Assembly: GCA_964270895.1 (NCBI GenBank)
Contig: OZ185438.1
Length of the DNA stretch: 64,000 nucleotides
Reading direction: 5' to 3' (one strand)
From: Podarcis filfolensis
Taxonomy: Eukaryota
Below, in pieces: positions 1-13,352 of this stretch; the first letter of the stretch is position 1; each line of letters starts with the position of its first letter. The notes beneath the pieces are model-generated. The model saw only the letters and a list, made by a program, of their open reading frames with translations. It ran no database searches and had not been told where the DNA came from. The translations under genes and the position numbers were made by a program.

Positions 1-1396
1 CATATAGATTTATGTTTCCTACTGAATCCTTCAATCACAGGGCTGTCATACATAATTGCTCTAGTCTGTGTTCATCACAAAAAGGCAGATTGGTCCACAG
101 GATCTGATATCAAATCCCGTTTGAGCTGTGGACTAATTGGCAACAGACAAATCACAATCTGTCTCAGTTTCGAATCAGAAGGAGGAATAATGACCACCTT
201 GTTGCTTTTTTTAAAGGCATGTGCAGCATTGTAAATCAAACATAACAGTAGCTAATTCTTTTTTTTTCCAAGCAGTAGCTAATTCTAAGCTCAGGCAGCT
301 GGTCTGTTTCATCAAGAGCGTTCTGTACTACTGTATATACACCTCACCTGGCTCGTGCATAATATGTGGTTAAGGCATCAATATTTTTGTGTTTCTGGCT
401 GTTCCTTTTAATATTCAAAGTACAATTTCACCTCACTTTAAAAAAGCTTTCTTTGAAAGCAACCCCCTCCCCAAGCTTCTGAAAAGTGCATGATCAAGCA
501 TTCATTTCCCAATACTGAAAACATTTTGGCAGAGTATTGGGCACAAGAGATATCATTTGAAATTGCATCGTGTAGCAAGAGGGTGGACCCTTCTGCTAGA
601 GAAAGCGAAATTAAGTTGAAGGAACTCATCTGCTGTAAACACAGAGGAGAGGGGAGTGCATGAGTCAAGATTTGCTACGGCTCATGAAACGATGATCAGA
701 ATTTGTGCTGGGTATCTGTTGTAATGTGGGTGTCAAATAAAGTAACAAGATGTGCTTAATTCATTGTGGAAAATGAGGATGGTAAAATGGACCTGCAACA
801 TGCCTACTTCTATTGGGCATCTGTAAAAGAACTACATTGCTTAGTATCACCGTTGACACAATTTGTGTTGAGTCTCTCATATTTTAATCATTGGCAATTT
901 TGAGGCTTTGCTGTGGTTTGCAGCACTGCTTTATTTTGCTTAAAATGTTGAAAATATTTTGTTCCATAAGTAAAACTAACTAAAACTTCCTCTAAAATCA
1001 GTTACGACAACTAGACAGATTTTTGTCAACATCTCCCCCCTTCACCATTTTTGAAATATTCAATTAACTCTTATTATTTTAGTCAGGGTTGAAATAGACT
1101 CGGATATCATCTCAAATATTTAATTTTGTTTGATTTTCTTGTAAACTGGGTTCTGATTTTTTTTTAAAAAAATGAAAAGCAGTGTATAAGTACTTGAAAT
1201 AAATTGAAAAAAATTAAAAAATTAGATTAGAATATTGTCTGATGCTATGTTAATCCAGGTATAGGAGATGAACTAATTATTTAGGTAGAAAACAATCTTA
1301 TCCAACAATAGATAACTTTTGTCAGTTGCCTAGCAATAAATAAAATCTAGAATCCATCAACACTTCTTATAATGAATAAATCCCTGACAGAGTTTA

Positions 1397-1701
1397 CCAT
1401 ATTTTTCGCTCTATAATACGCACCCGACCATAAGACGCACCTAGTTTTTAGAGGAGGAAAACAAGAAAGCAATGCAAAGCCTCTTGAGCAAAGAGGGAGG
1501 AGTGCTCCGGCTGCGCTCAAGAGGCTTTGCGTGGCTATCGCTGAAGCCAGAAGAGCAAGAGGGATTGGTGCGCACCGATCCCTCTTGCTCTTCTGGCTTC
1601 AGCGATAGCCGCGCAGCCTGCATTCACTCCGTAAGACGCACACACATTTCCCCTTACTTTTTAGGAGGGGAAAAGTGCGTCTTATAGAGCGAAAAATACG
1701 G
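1397..1701. mobile_element. Tc1/mariner-superfamily MITE with internal palindrome
   Basis: TIRs CCATATTTTTCGCTCTATAA ... TTATAGAGCGAAAAATACGG, flanked by TA at 1395-96 and 1702-03. Confidence 0.85.
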
Positions 1702-2834
1702 TATATTCCTTGATTTGGCACCTGTTAACATTTTTCTATTGTCTTTCATGCAGCAATGGTGTGCAGAAAAATCTGAATCCTGGATTCCTGGTTTACAGCA
1801 TCTTTCAAGCCACTTGTCTACATGCTTGTTTCACTTAATACTGCATAGATAACAGACTATGTAAAGTTCCTGAGTGGCGCCCTGTGACTTGGCAAAGGGC
1901 AAACCCATTTGGCTCTGTACTCTTGGTACTTTTTGGTGGTTAAATGGACAGTACCTAGGGAATGAAGTCAGCCAAGGGTTTAGGTTAGGTTTTAGGTTTC
2001 AGCCTGCAGCCCATATTAGATTGTTACCCCATGGTACTGTAGAACCTTACACTTCTTTCGTACAGAGGTGCTTATTTCTGTTCTTGCATAGTATGTGTGC
2101 TACAATTTTAATTTGAGATCTTTTTTTGGCATGGCACTCAAGGGACAAGGAATACTTAAATGTTCCCAGCTTCTGAGCTACACCTTTCCATATTCAGGTC
2201 AGTGGTAGTCAAACAGGCTCATAAGTAATCTCATTCCATCTTGATTAGATATTGATGATGAGCATAATGGATGCTGTAAAACTAGCACTGAAGTATTGCG
2301 TTTAAATGTCAAGTATATGCTTATTCTCTCTATGAAAACTTGGGCAAAATATGCGTACTGCAGTGGCAACTACTAAAGACAATTTTTTATTTATTTTTTA
2401 AGGAAAACTGGGTTAAGAAAACTAGAGGCATGTTCAGGTATTTGTCTGACCATGTGAACATTTAAAGTGTGAATGCACATGAAGATGTCATCCCAATGTC
2501 CTGGTGTACCTCATGCTTCCCCGGACCCTGACCTTCACTGTGTTAAACAGGGGTCTTGTATTTGAGTTCAGTTAAATGTTATTAGGCATACACACACATA
2601 CCATAGTAGGGGTGGAGATGAGGGTCTCCGTTAAAACAGGGCTGCTGATCATGCTAGGCATTTTACTTGAGTTACTTGAGTGATAGCGTGTAAAGCCCCC
2701 GGCAGAGTCCTTTCTGACCCTTGCTCTTTCCATGATAGTTTTGTAAAGTTATGAACAACTTCATGCCACATGTGCTAGGATATTTTCCGCAGTGTTGGTT
2801 TTACTTATAATAGCTTTCTGCCTGCCTTGGGCCT

Positions 2835-3170
2835 AACTAAACGGCCTCGGTCCTGTATACCTGAAGGAGCGTCTCCACCCCCATCGTTCAGCACTGAGAT
2901 CCAGCGTCGAGGGCCTTCTGGCGGTTCCCTCATTGCGAGAAGTGAGGCTACAGGGAACCAGACAGAGGGCCTTCTCGGTAGTGGCGCCCACCCTGTGGAA
3001 CACCCTTCAGATGTGAAGGAAATAAGACATCTGAAGGCAGCCCTCTTTAGGAAAGTTTTTAATATTTAATGCTGTATTATTTTTAACACTCGATTGGGAG
3101 CCGCCCAGAGTGGCTGGGGAAACTTAGCCAGATGGGCGGGGTATAAATAAATAAAATAATAATAATTACA
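2835..3170 (+). mobile_element. L2-clade LINE 3' fragment
   Basis: Resembles squamate L2 3' ends (AGGGCCTTCTCGGTAGTGGCGCCC...GAGCCGCCCAGAGTGG) and ends in an AATA-rich tail. Boundaries approximate. Confidence 0.7.
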
Positions 3171-3449
3171 ACTAAATACTACTTTCTTGTTCAATAGTTG
3201 TTAGCTGTACAATGAGCAGTCCTAAAGAGTTAATGTCATGGCAAATTTTTGTTGCACCTTGGTTTAAACAAGCAGTTAAGATTTGAGGGCTTCTTATTCT
3301 ATGGATAATTTATATGGGTCAGTTAAGGCATTTGCTATCTTGGGTGTATGGATGCATGTTCTTTAAGACTAAAGTCTACAGATTTTTGGCTTTGACAGGT
3401 TACTGGTGGCTTTGGGTCTTCTATAATGGTGTTCTTGTTGGACCCGTGA

Positions 3450-4520
3450 CACTGTCAATACAATTATTGAAGCCCTTAGACTCAAACAAAAACAGGATTT
3501 TCCCTGCCTTAAAAATCAACGCATTGTATGCCAACATGTGTCAGTTATACTCCATATGGATGGAACTACTTTCTGACAATTACGCTTTTCATGAAAGCAA
3601 AGCAATTTCATATTCATAATGCTCTGTCATTAATTCTTTGACTTACTGTGAAATCCTTGTTGCAAATTAGATATTTCAGACTTTGTACTTTGCATGCTTG
3701 GTTAGGGTATCTGGTGGGCTATAGGTTTCCCATTCTTGACTTGGATATATTTCAGATGCTGCTGCAAAGCAAAACAGTTACTTTATGCTTGAAATGACGG
3801 TCTGATTTACTACTTCTTGACGGAGTTTTTACCTGTTGAGTACTGCTCCTGCTGGATAGTATTTTGATGCAATTCTGAAGTATGCTCAGCTAAATAAAAT
3901 TATTGGGTTCTGTTGCAAAATGATGCCAAGAAGGATGCAAGGAAGGTAGCTCTCTGGGCAGAATGTGGTATTTTAACATTGGAAGCCAAATGATGAAAGA
4001 CTTGCCAATAGTATTCAGAGCAGAAGCAGCATACTGCTTGTAAAACACCTTCTTAGATTATGTTTCTGTTATAGTATGTTGGTTAATTGTAATTGGCTCC
4101 TTGAAATATGGCCACACCAAATGGCATTGTTCCAGAAACCTGCTGAATCTTGGTATGCAGTGTCGATACCATCAAGGAGGTTGTACATTGTCCTTTCTCG
4201 TATGCCCATTAATCTTACCATGAAAGTATCTGTCAATGATTATTTAGGATATCTTGTTTTAAGGCTGGTTGTTTAACCTGTTGCACACTTCAGTGCTGCT
4301 GTGCAAAGCAATGGGTTAATAATGATCTTTAGGAACAGCGATAAGTTATTGTATTAATATTGGAGGACTCCTGAGGCCCTGACGTTAAAGATTTGTGCAA
4401 CAATACTTGATTCGCATAGGATTTTCAAGTCCTCCTTCTTTGTCAGGCAAGCCAGGGATAGACAAAATATCGATCTTGATCTGCTGATTGACTGTTGGGT
4501 TATTTGTGGTATATCAACAA
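3450..4520 (-). mobile_element. Old, degenerate L1/Tx1-like LINE ORF2 remnant
   Basis: Minus-strand translation gives IKIDILSIPGLPDKEGGLENPMRIKYCC and KVFYKQY, resembling post-RT L1 motifs, with many stops and frameshifts. Confidence 0.35.
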
Positions 4521-5359
4521 GGATTTATGCCTCCCAGTTGTTCAACAAGAGTAACAACAACAAAATGACTCTTTCCTGGCCTAAATTTTATAGCTGAAAT
4601 GATGGAAACTGGGATAAGCAGGAGGTTGTTTGTTTGTTTGTGGGGGGGGGTAATAAGTTCCATTTTAATGTGGTGATCAAAACAAATTCCTGGACACAGA
4701 ATTTAATTATTTAAGTGCTTTTTTGCCCCAGGCTTTGGTTGATGGACCTCAAGGTTTTAGAACAAAACAATCCTGATCCTGCAAGCCTGAAGTCTGCTCA
4801 CCTCTGAGGCAAGCCACCTCAAACTTGGGTCAGTAGCTGCCTCTGGAATGATGAGTTAATAAAAAGTGGGGTAAGAGAAGCTGTACCTTTTAATGTTTGC
4901 CTAAAGGGCCTCTTAAATGGCAGCTTTATTCTGTTTGCCTTTCCCAGTTTTATTTATTGAGAGCTGATGCATAGTGCAGCATGTGGTAACTTTATCTCTG
5001 CAACAAGTTTTAATCATAGCATATAGTACAGCACAAAGTATTGGCTGTCTACCAGCTGATCCCTTATTTAAACCCAGAAAATGATAAATCTCCCTAGCAC
5101 AATTTATAGCTTGAGATAAAAAGAATACAGCAAAGAGTATTGTGAAAGTCAGAAAAGATAAAAGCAGTTGGACGTTTTTTGATGTTAATGTTGAAAAAGA
5201 CAATAAAATGGCTCATCAATGTTAAAAAACAGAAATGTTTTTGAAAGGTAGACCAATGTGTGTGGTGCTTCAAAATACTGAGGAGAGACTTTGTGTTGTG
5301 ACAGTGGACTACTAGACAGTGCAGAAGAGCCTAATAATAATAATAATAATATATTAGCT

Positions 5360-5500
5360 GAAAAAGGCCCATCTAGTGCAGCTTCCTCTTCCTGCAGTGG
5401 CTAACTATGGGAAGTCCATAAGCAGGACCAAGAGCAACAGCACTCCCTCATTCATTTTCTGATAGTGGAGGTTATAAATAGCCATCATAAGTGGGAAACA
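5360..5500 (-). mobile_element. CR1-like LINE 3' end fragment
   Basis: GGCCCATCTAGT...GGAAGTCCATAAGCAGGAC is the reverse complement of a typical squamate CR1 3'UTR. Confidence 0.5.
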
Positions 5501-7213
5501 TTGAGAACCGTTTTTCTCGTTCCCTGCTTTATGTAACATGGTATCTGATAAATTGTCCAACTATGGATTTTGGATTTACCTAACTCAAGATACTCCTTTG
5601 GCCTGCATTTGTACTCAGACGTTTGAACAAGGGAACAAAGCTGGGTTTACTGAGGGATGCCCCATTTTGAATAAAAGTAAGTTATCTGGTTTTTCATTCC
5701 ATTTTTTTGACAGTCTCTTATGGAAGTCAAATCGTGTACTGGAAAAACTGATTATGGTAACAGCATATCATACCAGCAGCAAAATTACAATAGACCACAA
5801 ACACATTTTGACTAATCTTACATTTGACAAATAAGTCAGCTTCTGTCAATAATTAAAAACCTTTTGGGAAGATCTTTAGTATTTGGAAGACCCCCTCATT
5901 AATTAACTGTTGATGTTCATGTGCCTTGATTTTGTGTTCATAGAATCATAGAACTGTAGAGTCGGAATGGTCTTGGAGGATCATCTAGTCCATAGTTAAT
6001 CACAGTTGTGGTGGCCAAGCAGCTTTATTTGTGAAGCTGGTGGTTAGGGTCCATGCAGTTCAGTCCATTTCATGTTTACTCAGAGGCACATATATTTCCA
6101 ATATTCATTGTTGGTATATTTGCATAGTTGACATTAATGATGGACTTTGCTTTGATTCTCAGTGCTGCTTTCTTAGATAATTGGGTATATTTTTTACTGT
6201 TCACATACCTCCTGTATTATCATACTAAGTTGTTTCAGCAGATATGTCTGGGAATATATGTAACATTTGAACTCTGGCATGGTTTTTCATCAACAAGAGG
6301 CCATACACCCCAAACTGCTTAGCTGTGTTAAGCAGTTCTTCAGTGAGAGCCTAGCTAACATGCTTTCACCATTGACCCTTGGCTCTGCAGGATATATGAA
6401 AACTTGAATGGAATTTGTTCTCTTTAGAAAAAGGCATGAGTCTGAAGAACAGCAGTAGTTAACTTTGGATCAGTAACCTACATGGCATATTTTAAGTCTT
6501 GTCACAGTTTAACTTTCTCAGCAGCCACATCAGTTTCCTGAGGCCTTAGCGCTTCATCATTTTGAAGTCTGTATGTTGTTGGGAAACATTACTGTAGCCT
6601 GTACAGTGCTGCAGTTCAAGTGCTATTCATTCCTTTTATGACATCAGAGGCTCTTCAAAGAAAGGAAGTGGTTCTCATGATATTTTTGGACACCTTATTT
6701 CCAGACCTTTTGGGTTTCAATAAACTTGATCAAATGCAATGATCTCCTGGTTAAGTGGACATTAATCCACAAGCGCTTATGCCCCAATACACTTGTTGGT
6801 CTTTAATGTGCCATAGGACCTCTAGTTTTAGCTACCACAGAGTTAAGATGGCTATTCCTTTGCAAAGTAATACATTGGATGTTTTAAATCTAACTAAATA
6901 ACTCACTGTTGGTGGAGTAGGGTTGAAGAGGGAATTCCTGGCCATATTGTGATACAGATTTGGAGGACAAGTAACCTATATCATCTTGAAGCCTATATTG
7001 CTGGGAAATGCTCTTATTTGAAAACCTGGAGAGCTGTTGTCCATAAGTATAGACAGTTTGAAGCTGTCTTGCCAATCATTGCAAGAACTAGATTTTTTAA
7101 AAAATAAATCCATATAAATGTAAATTGGCCCACATCTGTGTGCCTCAGTTCTGTAGAGCTGCAAAACTGAGGAATAGCCACTGAGGTGTCCTTTGTGTGA
7201 TCATACTGTAGAG

Positions 7214-7477
7214 CAGGGGTGCCCAAACTTTTTCCAAAGAGGGCCAGATTTGATGAAGTGAACATGCATGAGGGCCAACCAAAGTTGTTGAACTCTTTTT
7301 AGGATTGGAAGTTGTTGAGCTTTTTATACAATTTTACCCCAGAGTTGAGCTTTTTTTACACAAAGTTGTTGGAGCTTTTTGGGAGATTTTACCCCAGGAA
7401 ATAAACTGCCACAGGGGCCGGATTAAACCGACAGGCGAGCCAGATTAGGCCCCCGAAACAGACTTTGGACATGCCTG
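7214..7477. mobile_element. hAT (Charlie-like) MITE
   Basis: Termini CAGGGGTG...CATGCCTG with a perfect 8-bp TSD CTGTAGAG (7206-7213 and 7478-7485). Confidence 0.9.
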
Positions 7478-7919
7478 CTGTAGAGCTTGCAGTGGGAAGG
7501 GGGGGAGGGGAGAATCCTCAGCAAGGCCATCTGGCTTCTTGTAATGTACCTGCAATGGCATTTAATTGAAGTCTGGAGAATTAAGTACCGTACTGAAATT
7601 TCTCGCATTACCATCCAACCTGTGTTATTGGCAGTACTCAGTTTATGGAACACTCTTCCAAGTGACAGTCATTTGGCTCTCGTGGTAGGTACATTTAAAC
7701 AGACATTTTTATTTGTCCAAGCTTTTTGATCTTAATTGAAATTTGCTTTTATTGGGATATGCTATAGTCACCCACTGTATCTGATTTGTGATTCTGTGGT
7801 TTTAATGGCTCTCATTATAATGTGTCTTGTTTCCTCTAGTTGATCTTTTTTGCCAGCTCTGGATTGGAGGAAGGGTGGGATATAAAAATAAATCATAATC
7901 TTTAACCTGGTTCTCCCTG

Positions 7920-8065
7920 TTCTATTCCTAAGTGGCCCTGTGAGAGAATTCAGGGAGAAGGAGAAACTGACTGGCCCAAGGTCACTCAGCAAATTTCATG
8001 GCTGAGTGGGCGTTTGAACCAGGGTTTCCCTGCTTCCTGTCAAACACTCTAACCATTGTGTCATG
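7920..8065 (-). mobile_element. tRNA-derived MIR/Squam-like SINE
   Basis: GGCCCAAGGTCACTCAGC and TTTGAACC (reverse B-box) as in CORE-type SINEs. Confidence 0.55.
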
Positions 8066-8563
8066 GTTTTTTCAAATTTTGTGAAAGTTATGTAAACCCA
8101 CCCCCAATTGTTTGCATGCTTTGAAACAAACTTGCTGCTAAAGCAGCTTTCCCCAGCTGGTGCCCTCCAGATGTTTTGGACTTCAGCTCCAGTCAGCCCC
8201 AGCCAGCTAAACAGCATGTTTTAAAGAGCAGTGTGGCAAGGAGGGCAACTTTAGGCAAACCTTGAATGTTGTTATTTGTACACTGAACAATTCTAAGTGC
8301 AGCTACCTGCTAGTATGGTGAAGGATGCTAGATGATGACTACCAAAAGGCTTATAATTAACACTAAGACCTACATTCCTTTTGTTTTAATAACAGGAAGA
8401 GAAGTGAACTTTGATTAGGTGCATAGTTGTCTAAAACTTCCTGGTATTTGGATTTAAGACTTTTGATGTCAAAGTCTGTCTTGCCTCTGCTTCTTCAGTC
8501 CCTAGGAATGTCTTTTGTCTTCCTCCTACAAAGCCCTTTCTGTCCCTGGGGCAGGAGAGGGGG

Positions 8564-9310
8564 TTGCGGTCTAGCCCCTCCCCCCCTTCGGCGCGGGGGC
8601 TGTCGTAGCCCCCGCGAGAGGTGAGGGAATCCCTGGGCGTGCTCGCAACCCTGGCCTCCTATCGGAGGGCCGGGGGGAGGCGGGGCTTAAGCTAATTTAA
8701 GCCGGGCACGCCCAGGGTCCACCCTCTTCTCCCCTGAGCAGCCGAGAGGTTTTCCCATCCCGCCCACCCTTTGAGGCGTAGGCAGTCGTAGGTAGGCATG
8801 ACCTTGCTATGGACTCCGGTTGGTCGCCGCAAGGGGCCTGGTAGGAATTTTTCCAAGTTGGCAATCTTCGGCCAGTTGGTTTTTTCGCCTACCTCATAGC
8901 AAACGTCACAACTTTCCTTGTATTGGCGGTTAGGCATTGGCTGGGGTTCTATGGTTAGTCGAATGGTTGGGGGGGAAGGAACGCCATCACCTTCCCCAGG
9001 TAATGGGGTAGTCCGGTACAGGACTCCGAGGGGCGTTGTCTTGTCCGAAACCTGTCTAGGTAAGGGCCCCCGGCACGCCCAAGCGGTGACACCCGCGGGG
9101 GCCCTAGTTGGCGTACTCCAGCAGGGGCTTCCCCACGGTTTTGTGTTAACCCTTCCCGGACTACATGCCGGGTAGCAGATAGGAGCCAATGCCTAAGGCC
9201 AATACCTTCAATTCTTTAATCAATAAAGTTGTGGCCATTTCAAGCCCAATTAAATCTTAAACGCTGTGTCCTGTGTCTTTCTTTCTGGGGGGAGGGGTTT
9301 TGACACGCAA
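8564..9310 (+). mobile_element. CpG-rich LTR-like insertion (solo LTR or tyrosine-recombinase retroelement repeat; class uncertain)
   Basis: Abrupt GC/CpG-rich block, inverted termini TTGCG...CGCAA, AATAAA at 9222-9227 followed by a GT-rich tract. No TSD found. Confidence 0.55.
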
Positions 9311-9889
9311 AAGATATTTACCCAAGTGATAAGCCTCTTAGCTAATGTTGCACTCATACCCTTTCAGGATTGTCTTGTCATTAAACTGTATGGATTCCTG
9401 CATTTCCTGTAAAAGTATTTTTTGATTGGTTTGAGATACCTGCAAAGATCTGACGGGTTTTAAGATGAATAATTGTGTGTATAATTGTTTATGACTCAAT
9501 ATGTTAACCTGAATTGACCTTTACTTTAAAACCAAAATTGAAAGCAGCCAAATTCTAGTGCTGCATCTCTCTCCCCCCACCCTGCCCTCTGTCTAGTCTA
9601 AGGCCAGTCAATTTGAGTAGTTGATTCTTGATTAGTTGCTTTTGAGCTGCAAGGTACAACCGGAAGGCACATAATTGCAGCTATTTTTTGCTTTGGAATC
9701 GGCTGCTCTCCTTTGGTGAGTTGTGATTGCCCCAAGAGTAGAAATGTGCAAGTATCCCTACTGGCTCATGAAGCTCCTGGCAGCTGCCATAGTACTGTGT
9801 TATCTTTCCCCAGCTAGCAAAATATTTATGGATGTCCTGGGAGCTGCTCCCTTCCATTTATTCTCTACCTCAAACAGTGAAAAGATCCA

Positions 9890-10790
9890 TGAAATCTGGT
9901 TCTGTACACAGTTATTTTCAATATATATTCAATAAACGTTTTCCAATCTTCTTTAAACGTATGTTCTTCTTGTTCTCTATATGTTAAGTCTGCAAGTTGT
10001 GCATATTCTGTCAACTTAAGTTGCCAATCTTCTTTGGTTGGGACCTCGCTCATTTTCCATTTTTGGGCTAACGAAACACAGGCGGCAGTTGTTGCATACA
10101 TAGATAGCCTTTCCTGACACCTGGGGATTTCAGTCTGAATTGTCCCCAACAGAAAGGACTCTGGGGTTTTTTTTTGGGGGGGGGTAATTTTAAAACTTTT
10201 TTTCAATTCATTATAAATCATTTCCAAAATACTCTTTTACCCTTTTACATGTCCACCACATATGAAAGAACATTCCCTCCACCTATATACACTTCAGACA
10301 CTTATCTGATTCTGTCTTGTAAATCTTAGCAAGCCTACTTAGAGTTAAATACCATCTGTGAATCATTTTCAGGTAGTTCACCTTCAAAGAATAACATGCT
10401 ATAAATTTAAAGTCGCTTTTCCAAAGTTTCTCCCAGAGGTTAAAATCTATATTGTGTCCTATATCTGTCAGAAATGTGACAAATTCCTGCCCTCTCACTG
10501 GCTAATACACAAGGATACTACTTTATTTAAAGAAAAACAGTCTGGTGTTGGATAATTGTATGATAATTCCTTGACCTAGACTCTGTCTTGTACCAAAGAA
10601 AATTAAACACATAAGCTCTAGGCAGAGCACATCTTTTACGACAAACCAATCTGAATTCTTTGTTAGATTGGCAGTATGCACCCGCTCTTGTAAGAACAAG
10701 TTTTTGTTCCAAGAAGTACATGTTATAACAACTGTCTGGTTCTAGTTAGGATCTTGGGCATTTCCATTTATTTTTAAAATGGGATGGCAG
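9890..10790 (-). mobile_element. L1-clade LINE ORF2 C-terminal fragment
   Basis: ORF pieces MIHRWYLTLSRLAKIYKTESDKCLKC and PESFLLG...MYATTAA...LAQKWK...EDWQLKL are typical of the squamate L1 ORF2 C-terminal and Cys-rich region. Frameshifted. Confidence 0.8.
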
Positions 10791-11411
10791 AAAAGGTTAA
10801 AGAACTATAAATAGCACCTAAATTCACCACTTTTGTAGCTCTTATGGTTTCTGTAGCTGTAAGGTAGACTAGGGTATATCTTGTGTTCCCTGTCAGAAGG
10901 AGGTAGACAAGGTTTATTTTGATTTTAAACTAACACATGTGAAATTTGCAATGTAAGGTTCAAGCCAGCTTGCTCCCACCTCATTCTGAAGGGTGTCTAG
11001 CTCATTTGCTTGAGTAAGATATAGTGAAAGCTCAGATTAGAACTCCTTTGGTATATCCCAGATGCACCCAGGATATAGGAAAAGCTAAAGGTATGTAGAC
11101 ATATTTATAATAAACTGGAAGAGAACAATATTTTTCTCTTGGTGCTTATCTGTAAAAACGTGAAGTCCTGCTGTATCGACAAAGTCCATCTAGCTTGACG
11201 TTCTGCTTCCAGCAGTGACTAATACAATGCCTCCAGGAAGCTCAAGCGGGGCATGTAGTCAAAAGCTGTCCCTCACTGCTGTCTCTCCTTCTTCTGAATG
11301 TGGAAGGTTCCATTTAACCATCATGGCAATAATGGAGGATATTTAGTATACTGTTCCATAAAGCCACCTTCAATAATGCCAGCATTATAGATACATAATG
11401 CTTGATGTTTC

Positions 11412-11453
<42 letters not shown>

Positions 11454-11520
11454 TTATACCCCGCCCTCCCCAGCCAAGGCCGGGCTCAGAGCGGCTTACA
11501 AGCAATAATAAAAACAAGTT
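11412..11520 (-). mobile_element. (AAT)14 tail plus L2-like 3' end
   Basis: AAT repeat 11412-11453, then TATACCCCGCCC...CTCAGAGCGGCTTAC (reverse of an L2 terminus). Confidence 0.6.
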
Positions 11521-13352
11521 GAATGATTACAACTTTAAAACAAAATTAAAATACAACAGTAAAATATTGAAACATTAAAATATTAAAATGTAGCCTCATC
11601 GTAGGAGGAGAAGGAAAAGAAAAAAGAAAGAGAGGGAGGGAATCAAATTGGCTCCAAGCCAATTTACATGGCATGCTGGGCTGATCAAGTCCTGGGTTGT
11701 GTTTAGAGTGTTGTAGCCCAGCTATCCATGTGTCATTAAAGCATTAACTGCATCTGGCTTAGGGAACCAGATCCTTATCCACCCCACACACCCATGGGCC
11801 AACTTTGGCAGGTGATGAGGCCACCCTCATGTTCTATCACCTGACATCATGATAACATCAAGTGGCTGATAGATGGGAAGTCCTACCCACCTGTCAAAGT
11901 TGATCTGCGGAGGAGTGGAGTTTGCTTCACCAGCACATTCCCCAGGCGGAAAGCCTCATGAAGCAGCACCCATCAGGATTGAACTCTCCGCTCAATGGCA
12001 GATGAATGAAGAGTTCAGACCTACTGGCTACAAGGATCTACTTTCCCAGTGTCTTCCCTGCAAAGATTGAATTAGCAAAGCACACACTGGCAAGATTGTA
12101 TTTTGTTCACAAACTGGTGACAGAGGGATCAGTCCTGTTGGTTGCAGGTCTGTGTCACCGGTGCCTTTCCCACAAGGAATGCATTGGTGAAGCAACACCC
12201 AGCAGAATTGAATCCTGGCATCAGCTAATGTCTCCCACTGGTTGTGGTTTTGGGAAAGTGGCCTCCCACACCTACATTAAAATATTATAGCAAACTGTCA
12301 GTGGCATACGAAATAAATAAATAAAAATATATGAAAGCTTAAACCCAGAACAAACTTGGTTGGTCTCTAAGGTGCTACTGTGAGGAAACTTTGAAATAAA
12401 CAGAAAGGGGGGCTTTCATCACTCCCAGGCAATTCCCTGGATGATCCTTGCTTGTCTCCTTTTAGAAAAAGTACATGGAGAAGGCAACTCCAGTCTTCTC
12501 AAAATAGTCAAGTAAGTTTTTGTTTCACAAAATTTTAGTGAAAAGGCTTTGAAGGAAGGCTGTTCTATACTGTTCTATACTTTGCTTGGCGAGGAGGCAG
12601 AAACGTGTTTTTTGTTTCTACCAGTCTTGTGTAGGTGTTGCCCTTTGGACAGTTGCATCTCTTAAATTACTTACGTGGCTAATTATCCCCCACAGAGATG
12701 AAATAATGGCCTGATAAAGATCAAGGTGAAACCAATTTGATAAGGCTATAAAGTTCAAAGGGCCACATAAAAAGGTAGACAGGTATGGACTATGTCTTAC
12801 TGTTCCGCACCCTTTTTATGGTATTAATGTGCCTTTACCTCACAGTATGTAAAGTTATGCATAGGGCTTATTCCCTCCTGATAATTTCAGGTCAGTTGTC
12901 AAAGGAAGTAAAATGTGAAGTTAAACATCAAATTCTCTTATTCTTGTCGGGTCCCTCTCCTTAATTTGTGTGTGATGTTTCTGTTTGCACCTTTAGGGAC
13001 TAGAAACATGATTTTTAATTGAAGTTGTGAGACTCGGAAATCTGAATTCAGCAGAAGAGAGTCAGGAAGTTGGCTTTGTAAAGGAGAGTTTGGGGATGCT
13101 GGACTAGATAGGGCTCTGGTCTGATCTAGCACAGGTCTTACATTCTTAGAGCCCCAGAAGTGGTTTTTTTTATGGTGGGGAAGGTGAGTCAGTGAGTGAG
13201 GAACTTAACAAGCTGGAGGAAAGTGGAGCTCAGTTGCTGCCCTTTGGGTCAGTCCCTGGAGCTGTTGTGCAGATCTTGCTATCCATTTTTGAGATGCACT
13301 AAATGCATGTGACATGCTGCAGTTTCTATTAAAACAGGACATCTTGGTTTTA

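Noticed and set aside
2255-2291. Box C (ATGATGA) and box D (CTGA) pair as an intronic snoRNA
   Set aside because: Only 37 nt apart with no convincing terminal stem.
8692-9189. 165-aa ORF in the LTR-like element as gag, pol or a new gene
   Set aside because: No recognisable retroviral or recombinase motif; long open frames are expected in GC-rich DNA.
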